A DNA stretch of 63,819 bases, filler included, from Octopus bimaculoides (Eukaryota), in assembly GCF_001194135.2 (NCBI RefSeq). It is 6 parts of 3 records of this genome, joined end to end, with 100 filler letters (N's around TTAATTAATTAA, not from the genome) between each part and the next. Parts side by side here need not be neighbours in the genome. Positions count along the whole stretch, not along the records: positions 30,862 to 53,661 come from NC_068993.1; positions 53,762 to 58,306 come from NC_068993.1; positions 58,407 to 62,568 come from NC_068982.1; positions 62,669 to 63,819 come from NC_068993.1; 2 more parts are not named here. The stretch is one strand, 5' to 3'. This document shows, piece by piece, positions 49,447 to 62,843 of the stretch. Made by a program: the position numbers and the translations under genes. The notes under the pieces are model-generated. The model worked only from the letters and a program-made list of their open reading frames with translations. It searched no databases and was not told the DNA's origin. Position 1 is the stretch's first letter. Each line of letters opens with the position of its first letter.

Positions 49447-50834
49447 TAAGTACAAAAATTATTAAAAAAGAAAAGTACATAGTAGGATTATAATTATATG
49501 GTTTATTTTCTCTTTGAATTCTGAAGATTCTTCACCAGTGGTTAATCAATCGTTTAAAATCTATGAAACCTTAATTATAAATATCATAGGTTAGTTGAAT
49601 AAACATCAAAATATAGTAACTATACAATAGCCAATGATAACCGTACAAAATTCTCAAAATATAACAACCAAAACCAAACAACACATTCAACCAGGTGCAA
49701 TTTCAATAAACCCTCATCTTATTCATTAAATGACAACCGTCTAGCGTCTAGCTAGTGTAAAGCGTAATACTAACCACCGATACAACAATCCAATCTTCGA
49801 CATCGCGTATATGTTTAACAGCCACTTAGTTAAAAAATCTGCTACCATCAATACATATAACCCTGCCACAACTTAAATAGAAAAAAACAATATTACATTA
49901 TCTGGCTGTGTGGCACTTAAAGTGTAGAAATATGCCCCGTAATATTAATCAGAGCACCCTTATAAAACCCATACAAATATCAGTTATTTATCTTAGATTA
50001 TTTTGAAATTTGCTTCTCTGAAACAACCATACCTGGTCACAACTCTGAACAGGCTCCTATATGTAAATATAAATCTTCAAAACATTCTCTATTGCAAAGA
50101 CTAACATCTTCTCCGGATAATATAACACTGTGTGACACAATTTTAATTTTTCTTGTCTTTGGTCCGTAATTTTTTCTTGTCTTTGCTTCTATCCACAAAT
50201 CAAAGGAAATGACTACTATACCTTTCAAAATCTGCTTTTGTGACTTGGAGATGAATGTTTTGAAACGGATCTATTTTCCAGTACATTTCAGACATTCAAC
50301 GCCGAGTTGCCGAAGCAGAAATATCGTATAGTAAATATTGTGCTCAACACCACAAAATTTGCTTGTCATTTGTTTGATCTTAACCACTTGAGCATGTCTC
50401 TTAGTGGCTGACAATATGTGCATCTCTGATTATGAGCAGATCATAACTCTACAACATGTTTTGTGCATATTAACATCAAGCACACACAATTATGTTGTTA
50501 TTTTTTTACTTTCATGTTCATGCTTAAGATATTTCCAAGTAATTTATCTTAACCCGGAACCATGTGGTCGGGAAGCAAACTTCTTATCACACAGCCATGT
50601 CAGCACCAAAATGTTCATATACTTTAGATTTTCGTATATTATTTTACACTTTCCCGCTAAATATTTGTATATATATGTATGGAAAGGTAAGTGTGTATAT
50701 ATGTATGTATGTATGTATGAATGTACGTGTATACATATGAGTGTATGTATATATATAAATTTTCCCCTCTCTCTCTCTGTATATGTATGTGTGCGTGTGC
50801 GCGCGCATTTTATAAAGAGGTTTTATCATTAAAT

Positions 50835-51230
50835 GTTGGGTAATGACTGAATGAGTACGATCACGAATACAAGCGGCTGAAATGGGATTCTTCTGAAGCA
50901 TCTGTGGTGTAATATTACTAGACGGTACCAAGCTTTAACGTGAAGTCTCTCCTGGTCGAGCCTACTTCTCCGCATTGAAAGGTCATAACTCCGGTACGAC
51001 GGACATGTGAGTAGTACACCACAAGAATGAATTGCAAGATGGATTCTTCAAGCTGAGCCAAACGGCAGGAGAACAAGGGGGCAGACAAAGAAGCAAGGTG
51101 GTAGGATTATATTTATATTCACAGTTGGGCACCACTGGGAATTCAGCCGGGAAGTCTAATGACGGTTGCTTCAGGTAGAACACTATGGTGGAGGAACTTT
51201 AGGATTTTACCCCACGTTTCTATTAATAGC
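50835..51230 (+). mobile_element. RTE-clade LINE 3' fragment
   Basis: Translates as WVMTE*VRSRIQAAEMGFF*SICGV and LLLRIERS*LRYDGHVS...ARWILQAEPNGRRTRG. Confidence 0.8.
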
Positions 51231-53109
51231 AACACAACCACCATCAACAGCAATAATATACAATTTGAAGAAGATAGGTGAATTAATTTAAAGTAGAAAA
51301 GTATAATATGGGAGAATAAAAGAATTAGAGAAAGGAAGAGTGACGAAACGAAATAGAAATAGAATAGAATAAGCGTCGCACCAAAATTATTAAGATAAAA
51401 CTTACTTGGGAATGGATGCGTCTTTACTCTCCCCTTCTCCCCCTTTCGCTTTTTCTCTCTCATCCTTTCTCTAATCCTTTTCCTCTCCCCTTCACCGTTC
51501 TTTAACTGTCCCTCTCTCTTCCATACGCTTCCTCCTTTACTCTCTCGTTACTCACGCGTGACCATCGGCCATCTTTCTTTTCCTAACTTGAATTTCTTTC
51601 TTTTCTTCTGATCAGCTACAAGAGAACAGACGCACCCTTGTTTGTCTCTTGTCAAAGTTTGTTTCTCCAATGTTCGCTACCTCACCTTGTCATGGCTTAA
51701 CAGCCCTGTCCTGTTTTTGTTATCAACTTTGACCCTCCGCAAATCCCAATTTTATTTAATTTGCTTTGCGGGAGCAACTGTTTTTACGAAGGCACATCTT
51801 GTCGTAAATGCTCGAAATGTGGAGTAGATAAAACCGCTGACAACTGATGAAGGGTCGTTCTTTATGTTGCTTGTCTTGTTTTCCATTTGTTTCTTTCGTT
51901 GTTCGCAAAAACGATCGTATTCCACGTTTTCGTATTTCATATTGTTTACGTTCTATGATGTCAGGTCCTGTATCGATATATATATATATATATGTGTATA
52001 TAAATATATATATGTATGTACATATATGTATGTATATATGCATATATATATTATAACAATTTAATTTGTGTTCGTGGGAAGAACCATTTTAACGATGCGT
52101 ACTGCCTTAATTTTTCGAAACGCCGGAGTTTTAATGGTGGCAGCTGATGAAGGGGATGTTTCTATATGGCCTGCTTGTTTGTTGCACCTTGTTTACCATT
52201 TTTGTCCTTGTTGTTTTGCCACGTCATGTACCCAGTTATGTATCTATATGTACATGTGGATGAACGTATATACATACATGTACATATATATCCTTATACT
52301 CATATATTGTTTGTATCACGACAGAACGCACGCGTTACCTTTATACAGNNNNNNNNNNNNNNNNNNNNNNNNNNNNNNNNNNNNNNNNNNNNNNNNNNNN
52401 NNNNNNNNNNNNNNNNNNNNNNNNNNNNNNNNNNNNNNNNNNNNNNNNNNNNNNNNNNNNNNNNNNNNNNNNNNNNNNNNNNNNNNNNNNNNNNNNNNNN
52501 NNNNNNNNNNNNNNNNNNNNNNNNNNNNNNNNNNNNNNNNNNNNNNNNNNNNNNNNNNNNNNNNNNNNNNNNNNNNNNNNNNNNNNNNNNNNNNNNNNNN
52601 NNNNNNNNNNNNNNNNNNNNNNNNNNNNNNNNNNNNNNNNNNNNNNNNNNNNNNNNNNNNNNNNNNNNNNNNNNNNNNNNNNNNNNNNNNNNNNNNNNNN
52701 NNNNNNNNNNNNNNNNNNNNNNNNNNNNNNNNNNNNNNNNNNNNNNNNNNNNNNNNNNNNNNNNNNNNNNNNNNNNNNNNNNNNNNNNNNNNNNNNNNNN
52801 AATATATATATGTATGTACATATATGTATGTATATATGCATATATATATTATAACAATTTAATTTGTGTTCGTGGGAAGAACCATTTTAACGATGCGTAC
52901 TGCCTTAATTTTTCGAAACGCCGGAGTTTTAATGGTGGCAGCTGATGAAGGGGATGTTTCTATATGGCCTGCTTGTTTGTTGCACCTTGTTTACCATTTT
53001 TGTCCTTGTTGTTTTGCCACGTCATGTACCCAGTTATGTATCTATATGTACATGTAGATGAACGTATATACATACATGTACATATATATGCTTATACTCA
53101 TATATTGTT

Positions 53110-53146
<37 letters not shown>

Positions 53147-54019
53147 AAGTATGTATGTATGTATGTATGTATGTATGTGTGTGTCTATAAACGTATATAG
53201 AGATGCATATCCGTATCTGCATATGTTCTTATTAGAAATGTATCTGTGTGTATGTGTATATGCATATATGTATATATACACAAGCACATACACACGCAGA
53301 TCCACTTCCCACACAAACATACACATACACATGTATGTATTCCTACGATAGCTGGAGGTCTGTTTCTAACTGCAGCTGTATGAATTTTGCAAATATACAT
53401 CCGTATGTATGTAAGTGCTCTTGTACACATAGATATAGGTATCGCAGTACCAGTCGACGTAGGTGTGCGTGGGTGATCGTAATTATGTGCGCGCGTGTTG
53501 GTGAGCGTTTTGTTATCAATATACATGCGTATTTATATATGCAGGCACCTTTGACTGTACGTATTAAGGACCATCTGGGCTCTTATATATGTGTGCGTAT
53601 GTATCTATATGTGTGGACTTCTTACATTTTTACTCTTATATATATATATATATATATATATNNNNNNNNNNNNNNNNNNNNNNNNNNNNNNNNNNNNNNN
53701 NNNNNTTAATTAATTAANNNNNNNNNNNNNNNNNNNNNNNNNNNNNNNNNNNNNNNNNNNNTCAAGTAAAAACATAAATTCGGTTAATTAATCAATCAAC
53801 AGAAGGATCTATTAAGCACGCAAACCTCAATTTCGATTGGTACAACTTGCCGAACTATTTGAAACACACGTAAGCGAAATAAACATCACTGAAAATGTTT
53901 TCACCCTTTGTTTCTTTATTCTGTGTGTGTGTGAAAGTGTGTATGTATGTATGTATGTATTATGCATGTATGCATGTATGTATGTATGTATGTATGTATG
54001 TATGTATGTATGTATGTAT

Positions 54020-54140
54020 GCCCTTATTCAGTTTTATTTCAAAATTTCTTGTCAATAGAGAAAGAATCGGTTTCTAACGTAGATCCAAGGCTCCTTCATT
54101 GGAATTTCAACATCAACCGTGTATTTTCGTATATATGTAT
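54020..54140 (-). mobile_element. 3' terminal segment of the R4-like family between (TATG)n tracts
   Basis: Reverse-complement similarity to 58550-58652 and 62460-62568. Confidence 0.7.
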
Positions 54141-54149
54141 GTATGTTCC

Positions 54150-54487
54150 AGTTGTTTAAGGTGGTATCGATATGTGACCCAGTAAAGTTGGACTCATGAG
54201 TCATCTTTGTAGTCATAAAGCAAGACCGATGATTGACTACCAGGCCGCTGGTGATGATGCTACACTCCATACTAATCATGTCTGTCGGGCATGTGGAAGG
54301 GAGTGTGATTCAGCAGGAGGACTTAAACGACACGCAAAGGTACATGGAGCCCAATTACAACAACAGCCAGCTATTGCCAGTAAAGGTTTTGGATACCAAC
54401 TCTGTGCAAGACATTGTAGATCTTTGGCTGGGCTAAAAAGTCACATTCGATCACAGCACCGTTAAGCTAAGCTTCGTGCAATGGCCA
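54150..54487 (+). mobile_element. Probable RTE-type LINE C-terminus with two to three C2H2-like fingers
   Basis: SKVGLMSHLCSH, CRACGRECDSAGGLKRHAKVH and YQLCARHCRSLAGLKSHIRSQH*. The C..C.R.C.S..GL.SH pattern is typical of RTE ORF ends, and no TGEKP linkers are present. Confidence 0.6.
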
Positions 54488-56077
54488 NNNNNNNNNNNNN
54501 NNNNNNNNNNNNNNNNNNNNNNNNNNNNNNNNNNNNNNNNNNNNNNNNNNNNNNNNNNNNNNNNNNNNNNNNNNNNNNNNNNNNNNNNNNNNNNNNNNNN
54601 NNNNNNNNNNNNNNNNNNNNNNNNNNNNNNNNNNNNNNNNNNNNNNNNNNNNNNNNNNNNNNNNNNNNNNNNNNNNNNNNNNNNNNNNNNNNNNNNNNNN
54701 NNNNNNNNNNNNNNNNNNNNNNNNNNNNNNNNNNNNNNNNNNNNNNNNNNNNNNNNNNNNNNNNNNNNNNNNNNNNNNNNNNNNNNNNNNNNNNNNNNNN
54801 NNNNNNNNNNNNNNNNNNNNNNNNNNNNNNNNNNNNNNNNNNNNNNNNNNNNNNNNNNNNNNNNNNNNNNNNNNNNNNNNNNNNNNNNNNNNNNNNNNNN
54901 NNNNNNNNNNNNNNNNNNNNNNNNNNNNNNNNNNNNNNNNNNNNNNNNNNNNNNNNNNNNNNNNNNNNNNNNNNNNNNNNNNNNNNNNNNNNNNNNNNNN
55001 NNNNNNNNNNNNNNNNNNNNNNNNNNNNNNNNNNNNNNNNNNNNNNNNNNNNNNNNNNNNNNNNNNNNNNNNNNNNNNNNNNNNNNNNNNNNNNNNNNNN
55101 NNNNNNNNNNNNNNNNNNNNNNNNNNNNNNNNNNNNNNNNNNNNNNNNNNNNNNNNNNNNNNNNNNNNNNNNNNNNNNNNNNNNNNNNNNNNNNNNNNNN
55201 NNNNNNNNNNNNNNCATAGACCAAGGGTTTTCTACCATAGTTCTGGATCCGTCAAAGAGTTATAAATGAAATTCGATAGACGAAAACAACGGAAACAATA
55301 TGGAAGCCCGTCGAAAAAACCGTTCCTAATTTGAAATAGTTGGTTTAATTTGTCATCTTGTATAGCAACGCCAACTAGCGGAGGTGGTTTTGTTGCAAAC
55401 ATTTGTTCTCGATCTTCGGTTTACGAATAAATCACCCCCTCCCACTCACCAGTCTTCAAGACTCTGAAAACGGTCATAGATGCTGCCTTTTCTCAGCTGA
55501 TTAAAAAATAAAGAATTTAGAATCAAAGAAATGATACTTTACAAAAGAAAAATAATAATAGCTTATAAGAACGCAATTCTTCTGGCTAGATTCGATACCT
55601 TGTTACTCTCTACATTGTAACAGTAATCAACGATGAAGTAAATCTAAAAAAGAAACGAAACGAAAGTAAACAAAACGAAATCAAGAGCATTAAGATAATA
55701 TTACATTCTTTCATAAGTGTCAGGCTATATTGTATATACTTGCAGCACAGTAATAAATCATTCTAATTTCCTTGTATCGTATTATGTCATACTGTGTCAT
55801 TCTGTTATCATGTCATATGATATATTTTTAAGTTATCATGGTTTGGGTTTGTGGTCGTCGAAGATAAATGTAAGGAAAGATAAACTGTAAAACTTTCAAT
55901 CCTCTTAACACAAATACCAGAGTAATCGATGTAGGGTGCCCTGACTTATCTCTTCTAGTTTTGCATTGTTGGTGTATATATATAACCGTATCTTCTCTTC
56001 GTGTGCATGGAAAATAGTTATGTGATAATGTTACATATTGCAGATTTTCAAATGCAATCGTTTATCTTTTTTTTTTT

Positions 56078-56376
56078 TTTACTTGCTTCACTCATTATGC
56101 TGCGGCCACGCTGGAGCACCACCTTGAAGATTTTCAGTCGAACGAATCGATCCGGGTACCAGATTTTTTTTTTTTTTCATTAAGTCTAGTGCTTATTCTA
56201 TAGGCCTCTTTGGCCCTAACCGCTACGCTACGCGGACGTAAACACAACCAACACCGGTTGTCAAACACCCTGAAGCTATAGTAGAAGACACTTGCTCAAG
56301 ATGGTATGCAGTGGGACTGAACCCGGAACCGTATGGTTGGGAAGCAAACTTCTAACCAACGAACCATGCCTGTGCC
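56078..56376 (-). mobile_element. Family B SINE with internal deletion
   Basis: TGCGGCCACGCTGGAGCACC...TAGTAGAAGACACTTGCTCAAG...GGGACTGAACCCGGAACC. Confidence 0.72.
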
Positions 56377-56718
56377 TGAATATATATATATATATGCACA
56401 GAGAAAAAAACAGGGAGAGAACGACAGATAAATATATAGGTNNNNNNNNNNNNNNNNNNNNNNNNNNNNNNNNNNNNNNNNNNNNNNNNNNNNNNNNNNN
56501 NNNNNNNNNNNNNNNNNNNNNNNNNNNNNNNNNNNNNNNNNNNNNNNNNNNNNNNNNNNNNNNNNNNNNNNNNNNNNNNNNNNNNNNNNNNNNNNNNNNN
56601 NNNNNNNNNNNNNNNNNNNNNNNNNNNNNNNNNNNNNNNNNNNNNNNNNNNNNNNNNNNNNNNNNNNNNNNNNNNNNNNNNNNNNNNNNNNNNNNNNNNN
56701 NNNNNNNNNNNNNNNNNN

Positions 56719-56845
56719 GCTGAAGAGCGTAGGCTCGAAACATAAAAGACATTTACATTTTTCCCGAGGGTCAAACTAATACACTTACTTGTTGTTCATA
56801 CACCTGTCTTTGCCTTTTGTTTTTCTATAAGTTTCAACTATATAC
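56719..56845 (+). mobile_element. Second copy of the same terminal repeat, cut by a gap
   Basis: GCTGA-A-GAGCGTAGGCTC-GAAAC followed by AAACTAATAC...CCTGTCTT...TTTTGTTTT. Confidence 0.5.
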
Positions 56846-56856
56846 ATGTATGTGTG

Positions 56857-56902
<46 letters not shown>

Positions 56903-57727
56903 ATATCAAGTAACAAGTCCTCGGCATCCCCACCACCACCACCACCACCGTCTCTAAACGAGATATAACTACAAGATATGATAAACACAAAGTTACGTGT
57001 CTCAGCATCACTTTCAGCTCCCCCTGTTGACATTTCTGTGCGACAGCGATTGCTAGTCGACAACCGATGTTTAGATATCTCCAGTATGACATTATGTAAA
57101 GACAAGCCATGCACAAAAAGAACAGTATCACTTATCTGCATCTCTACTTACAGGTTTGCTACTGTGAAGAGCAGAAAGGCCAGGGAAGTAAGTGTAAATA
57201 TGTTGTAGGTAAATCGGAGAAGTGGCGGGGAGTCGCAACTGAAAGAAGAGAAAGCATATTAGTCTATTTTGAATGACTGACATTCATCTAATTACTTAGA
57301 GAAGAATTTTATGTTTCTGTACCAATTGCCATTTTAAGCGTCTTAAGAGTTCACATCGCCGACATATACACCACCAGCGGCACCCGTCTCAATCGTATTT
57401 TCAGAAAAGAGATAGAGAATAATATGCGTAATAAAACAGGTAAAATGAAACGTTTGACTATGCACAGTTGAGTGCAGGATGTTTAATTAATAGAAATTAT
57501 AACCGAAATAAGAGGAAAAGTCATAAGCATGTTTATTTTTATATATAATGACAGACAAGGGAGAGAACTGTGAAACGTAAATTGATTGCGAATTAAATGG
57601 TAGTATAAAATGGCGGAGTGGGTCTGATCTTTAGAAGCAGCGACGACAACTTCGAGCATGTTTCTCTCTTATTAGACTTCCTCAGTAAAACATACGCTAA
57701 TATGTAACGATTTGACAATAGTACGTG

Positions 57728-57765
<38 letters not shown>

Positions 57766-58774
57766 TCATAAGGACACATCAAAGTATCTACCCGCTAGAA
57801 ATAAGAGTCAAAATTCTTATTTAGACCACCAAAAAGTTTACACTGAAAATAATAGATTCAACGGTATACTAGCAGATCGGAAAATAATCTCTCACATACC
57901 AATATAGCATAAAGCTATATATTTAATGGTACGGTTATATATGTGGACAGGTTTCTGGTTTGATACAAAGATCTTACCTTCCTCAGCACACCTTAACTTT
58001 TTATAACACTACCCGAATCCTCCCCGTTGAAATCTGCTGGTGTCCTTAATCGCTTTATAGCGATACACTTTAATGCGTCCTTATGATTAATATAATTTTA
58101 ATTCCTTAGCTGTATAACGCTATTTTTCAGACCTGCAACCACCTATATTAATGTACCAGGCTTACAATAAATAAATACCTTGCTTGTTTAACTGGACTTT
58201 CGAAGGTGATGCCCCAACAATGCCGCATTCGATTGATTGAGACATATATGTGTGTCTGTGTGTGTGTTTCTCTGTGTGTGTGTGTGTGTGTGTGCGTGCA
58301 TATATGNNNNNNNNNNNNNNNNNNNNNNNNNNNNNNNNNNNNNNNNNNNNTTAATTAATTAANNNNNNNNNNNNNNNNNNNNNNNNNNNNNNNNNNNNNN
58401 NNNNNNCTATGCATGAAAATACATTCATAAAGCATACAAATCTGCACATACATACATGCATACATACATACATACATACATACATACATACACACACACA
58501 CATACATACATACATACATACATACATACATACATACATACATACATACAAAAATACTCTGTTGTTGATGTTGAAATTCCAATGAGGGAACCTTGGGTCT
58601 AAGTTAGAAAACGGTTCTTTCTCTATTGGCAAGAAATCTTGAAATAAACTGAACAATGACATACATATAGAGGACGGTAGTCTCTCGTTGTCTGAGAAAG
58701 ACAGCTGTGCAATTTCTTGCTTAACAACCCGCACAAATGATTTGTTTATTGTAATCAAATGATTATGCAGTACA

Positions 58775-58970
58775 TTAGTTCACTCCCTCCATGAAATCAA
58801 CGCTGTCTGAAAAGGTGCTCGGTGCGCCACGTGTCAGGTGTCGAAGTGATCGCAGTGTGACGTGAGATGAGGTGTTTTGCCCAAGAACACAACACGCTAA
58901 CCCGGTCCAGGAATTGAAACCACGATCTCGCGATCGGGAATGCAGCACACAACCACTAGGCCATGTGCCC

Positions 58971-58971
<1 letters not shown>
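58775..58971 (-). mobile_element. tRNA-derived SINE related to family D (head also at 61892-61947)
   Basis: The reverse complement GGGCACATGGCCTAGTGG...GGTTTCAATTCC...TTGGGCAAAACACCT has A and B boxes. Confidence 0.75.
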
Positions 58972-59002
<31 letters not shown>

Positions 59003-59584
59003 CTCTATCCAGATTACAAGTTNNNNNNNNNNAGACAGACAGACAGACAGATAGATAGAAGAGAGAGTCTGTGAGAGAGATATAGACAGATATATAGTTA
59101 ACAAAAGAGAAAACTAATTTGCGTGTACTTCAATCGAATACTCGTAGGTACATGAAGGCATATAGAGACACTTGGTCGCTCAACAAGCTAGAAATACTAG
59201 ACACGTCTCCATACATACACACATACACACATACACACATACACACGCACTCTCATATTCCTGTCTTAAAATTTTCAAAAACAAAATGGAAGGATATACT
59301 GAATAATGTAGTCTTAGATATAAAAAGCTTAAAAAAGAAAAAAATGAGTCACTGCCAAAATGTCTTTGATCACACTTTTACTTCATCAATGAGAACAATA
59401 ACAAACACACAAACCCATCTTTTATTTGTTGTCATTCTGTGACACTGTATTCTAGAAATCCCAACGTGTAATCATTTTATCGACTTCAACCTCAATTTAT
59501 AGATTAGTTTACCATGAGTTAAGTCTCATTTACGGAGTAAACTTCACTTCTGGAGGAAGAATACAATTAGGTAGTTGTTCCAAT

Positions 59585-61191
59585 GTACACCGGTTTACAT
59601 GTTGACACAGACGCTTAAAGAATATTACAGCCGAATAAAGAAAATTTGGACCTCAGAAGTCTCTGCATTCAAAAGAGCAGTGGCCCACAATGTGCTTGCA
59701 GTGCTAGTACTCATACCAACATTTGGGCTGCTTGATTGGACGTTTGATGAGATCCGAGTCATTGATGTGAAAACCCGAAAATTATTAATAAGCACGCATA
59801 ATTTCCACATAAACAGTGATGTAAACCCGCCTCTGTCTAAACCGTAAACAAGGCGGCAGAGGCTTAACGTCGATCCAAAATGCCTTTGAATGTCGCATCA
59901 TATCCCTTCGGTAACATCTTTAACCACCAAGCGTCGAAGTACATCCCTTGACCAAGTTTGCATATATGAAGCTGATAGCATCATAAGACTTGGAAGGCAG
60001 CTACTTGAGCAACACTCTTTGTCTGATAACCTAGAATACATGCTCAAAGGAGTCACACAACTCTACCGCAATGTATCATCAGATGAAAGAATGAGCCTAT
60101 ATGAGCAGAATACTATGCATGGACATGTTAGTAGAAAGCTCAGTGATGATAGTAACATCGATCATCAAAGCAGTTTATCATGGACCAATAGCCGGANNNN
60201 NNNNNNTCTGATAACCTAGAATACATGCTCAAAGGAGTCACACAACTCTACCGCAATGTATCCTCAGATGAAAGAATGAGCCTATATGAGCAGAATACTA
60301 TGCATGGACATGTTAGTAGAAAGCTCAGTGATGATAGTAACATCGATCATCAAAGCAGTTTATCATGGACCAATAGCCGGATTACTACCTTCCACTTTGA
60401 ACGGTATGTGTTTGCAATCCAGGAACAGGAAATATCAATCAAGTACCTGATGCACAAAAGGGATAGAGATGCGGGAAAAGCCGTAAAATGTGACAACCGA
60501 TGCAAACTTTGTGGAGTTCACACTGAAGATATCACCCACATCATAAGCAGTTGTCCGAAAAAGTCATCACGGTATTATCTGCCAATGAGACATGACATTG
60601 TAGCTAGGGCACTCTATAAGGAAATCCGTCGGAAGGATAATCCCGAGGACAAAAAAATAAAAACCCACAATATGGTAGACGATGTAGCCACTTATAATGA
60701 AAAAGAATATTGGTGGAATGCGCCAGTGAAGACCTAAATGAAATGTAAGCACAACAGACCTGATATAATGATTCGGGATAGTGAAGAGAAACGGTGCACA
60801 GTTGTGGGAATTAGCTGCCCAGTGGATGTTAACATAAAGCTGCAGATCTGTGAAAAAGAGAACACCTATGCTGAAGTATTGAGAAATCTACAGTTATTCT
60901 ATCCAGATTACAAGTTCAGGTTTATACCTGTAATTATTGAGGTCCTGGGATATGTAACACACTGCCTAAATACCAATCTTGAGAAATTAGGCTTCTCAAA
61001 ACCAGAAAGGAGAAAGCTAATTCGAAGGCTACAGATCCGTTCCATTACTGGAACTGTAAAAATCTGTAAAACTTCCCAGAAGTTTATCATTTAAGTGTAT
61101 ATGAGCATGTCTAGTTAAGTAACTCTATGCATGAAAATACATTCATAAAGCATACAAATCTACACATACATACATGCATACATACATACAT

Positions 61192-61222
<31 letters not shown>

Positions 61223-61237
61223 TACATACATACATAC
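59585..61237 (+). mobile_element. R4/Dong-like non-LTR retrotransposon, 3' portion (thumb, CCHC, restriction-like endonuclease, 3' UTR)
   Basis: Motifs IDVKTRKLL...NFHINSDV, FAIQEQEI, CKLCGVHTEDITHIISSC, MRHDIVA, HNRPDIMI and FIPVII. Several stops and frameshifts are present. The 3' UTR contains (TACA)n. Confidence 0.9.
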
Positions 61238-61945
61238 NNNNNNNNNNNNNNNNNNNNNNNNNNNNNNNNNNNNNNNNNNNNNNNNNNNNNNNNNNNNNNN
61301 NNNNNNNNNNNNNNNNNNNNNNNNNNNNNNNNNNNNNNNNNNNNNNNNNNNNNNNNNNNNNNNNNNNNNNNNNNNNNNNNNNNNNNNNNNNNNNNNNNNN
61401 NNNNNNNNNNNNNNNNNNNNNNNNNNNNNNNNNNNNNNNNNNNNNNNNNNNNNNNNNNNNNNNNNNNNNNNNNNNNNNNNNNNNNNNNNNNNNNNNNNNN
61501 NNNNNNNNNNNNNNNNNNNNNNNNNNNNNNNNNNNNNNNNNNNNNNNNNNNNNNNNNNNNNNNNNNNNNNNNNNNNNNNNNNNNNNNNNNNNNNNNNNNN
61601 NNNNNNNNNNNNNNNNNNNNNNNNNNNNNNNNNNNNNNNNNNNNNNNNNNNNNNNNNNNNNNNNNNNNNNNNNNNNNNNNNNNNNNNNNNNNNNNNNNNN
61701 NNNNNNNNNNNNNNNNNNNNNNNNNNNNNNNNNNNNNNNNNNNNNNNNNNNNNNNNNNNNNNNNNNNNNNNNNNNNNNNNNNNNNNNNNNNNNNNNNNNN
61801 NNNNNNNNNNNNNNNNNNNNNNNNNNNNNNNNNNNNNNNNNNNNNNNNNNNNNNNNNNNNNNNNNNNNNNNNNNNNNNNNNNNNNNNNNNNAAACCACGA
61901 TCTCGCGATCGGGAATGCAGCACACAACCACTAGGCCATGTGCCC

Positions 61946-61977
<32 letters not shown>

Positions 61978-62568
61978 CTCTATCCAGATTACAAGTTCAG
62001 GTTTATACCTGTAATTATTGGGACACTGGTATATGTAACACTGCCTAAATACCAATCTTGAGAAATTAGGCTTCACTAAACTAGAAAGGAATTTCCAAAG
62101 ACTTCAGAACCAATCCATCACTGGAACTGTCATTCAAATATATATGAGCTTGTCTACATATGCAACTATATGATTGAGAATATGTACATAAAGCAAAACA
62201 TACAAATCTCCACATATATATGTGTGTATGTGTGTGTGTGAGAGAGAGAGAGTATAAAATATACACACGCATATAAATATACATACATACATACATACAT
62301 ACATACAAACAAACAAACAAACATACATACATACATACATACATACATACATACATACATACATACAAACAAACATACATACATACATACATACATACAT
62401 ACAAACAAACATACATACATACATACATACATACATACATACATACATACATACATACAAAAATACCCTGCTGTTGATGTTGAAATTCCAGTGAAGTAGC
62501 CTTGAATCTAGGTTAGAAACCGGCTCTTTTTCTATTGGTAAAAAAATCACGAAATAAAACTGAACAAC
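61978..62568 (+). mobile_element. Second, diverged 3' fragment of the same R4-like family
   Basis: Starts at the YPDYKFRFIPVII codons and carries the same 3' UTR terminus (GTTGATGTTGAAATTCCA...GAAATAAAACTGAACAA). Confidence 0.8.
62270..62458. repeat. (TACA)n tract inside the R4-like 3' UTR
   Basis: Direct reading. Confidence 0.95.
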
Positions 62569-62767
62569 NNNNNNNNNNNNNNNNNNNNNNNNNNNNNNNN
62601 NNNNNNNNNNNNTTAATTAATTAANNNNNNNNNNNNNNNNNNNNNNNNNNNNNNNNNNNNNNNNNNNNTCGTTTGTTTGTTTACGTTTGTCGTAATTTGA
62701 ATTTAACATATGAGAGCGTCTCATAAAGCGAGATTTATATATCTTAATTTGCAGAGGAATTTGTAGT

Positions 62768-62843
62768 GGGTAGTTTAGCTTAATCGGTCAAAGCACCGTG
62801 ACATGTCATCACGGGGATGTGAGTTCGAGTCCACAGCTAGCCA
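62768..62843 (+). pseudogene. tRNA-like sequence (degenerate tRNA or SINE head)
   Basis: TAGCTTAATCGG (A box), CCGTGA-CATGTCA-TCACGG arm, GAGTTCGAGTC (B box) and GGGTAG/GCTAGCC acceptor with mismatches. Confidence 0.55.

Noticed and set aside
52000-53110. ~300-bp duplication either side of the 52349-52800 gap
   Set aside because: Near-identical gap-flanking copies, most likely haplotype or assembly redundancy.
57153-57186. Possible 34-nt plus-strand micro-exon (ttacag|...|gtaagt)
   Set aside because: No supporting gene context.
60023-60380. ~175-bp tandem duplication inside the R4-like ORF
   Set aside because: The copies are essentially identical and separated by a ~10-N gap, typical of unmerged overlapping contigs.
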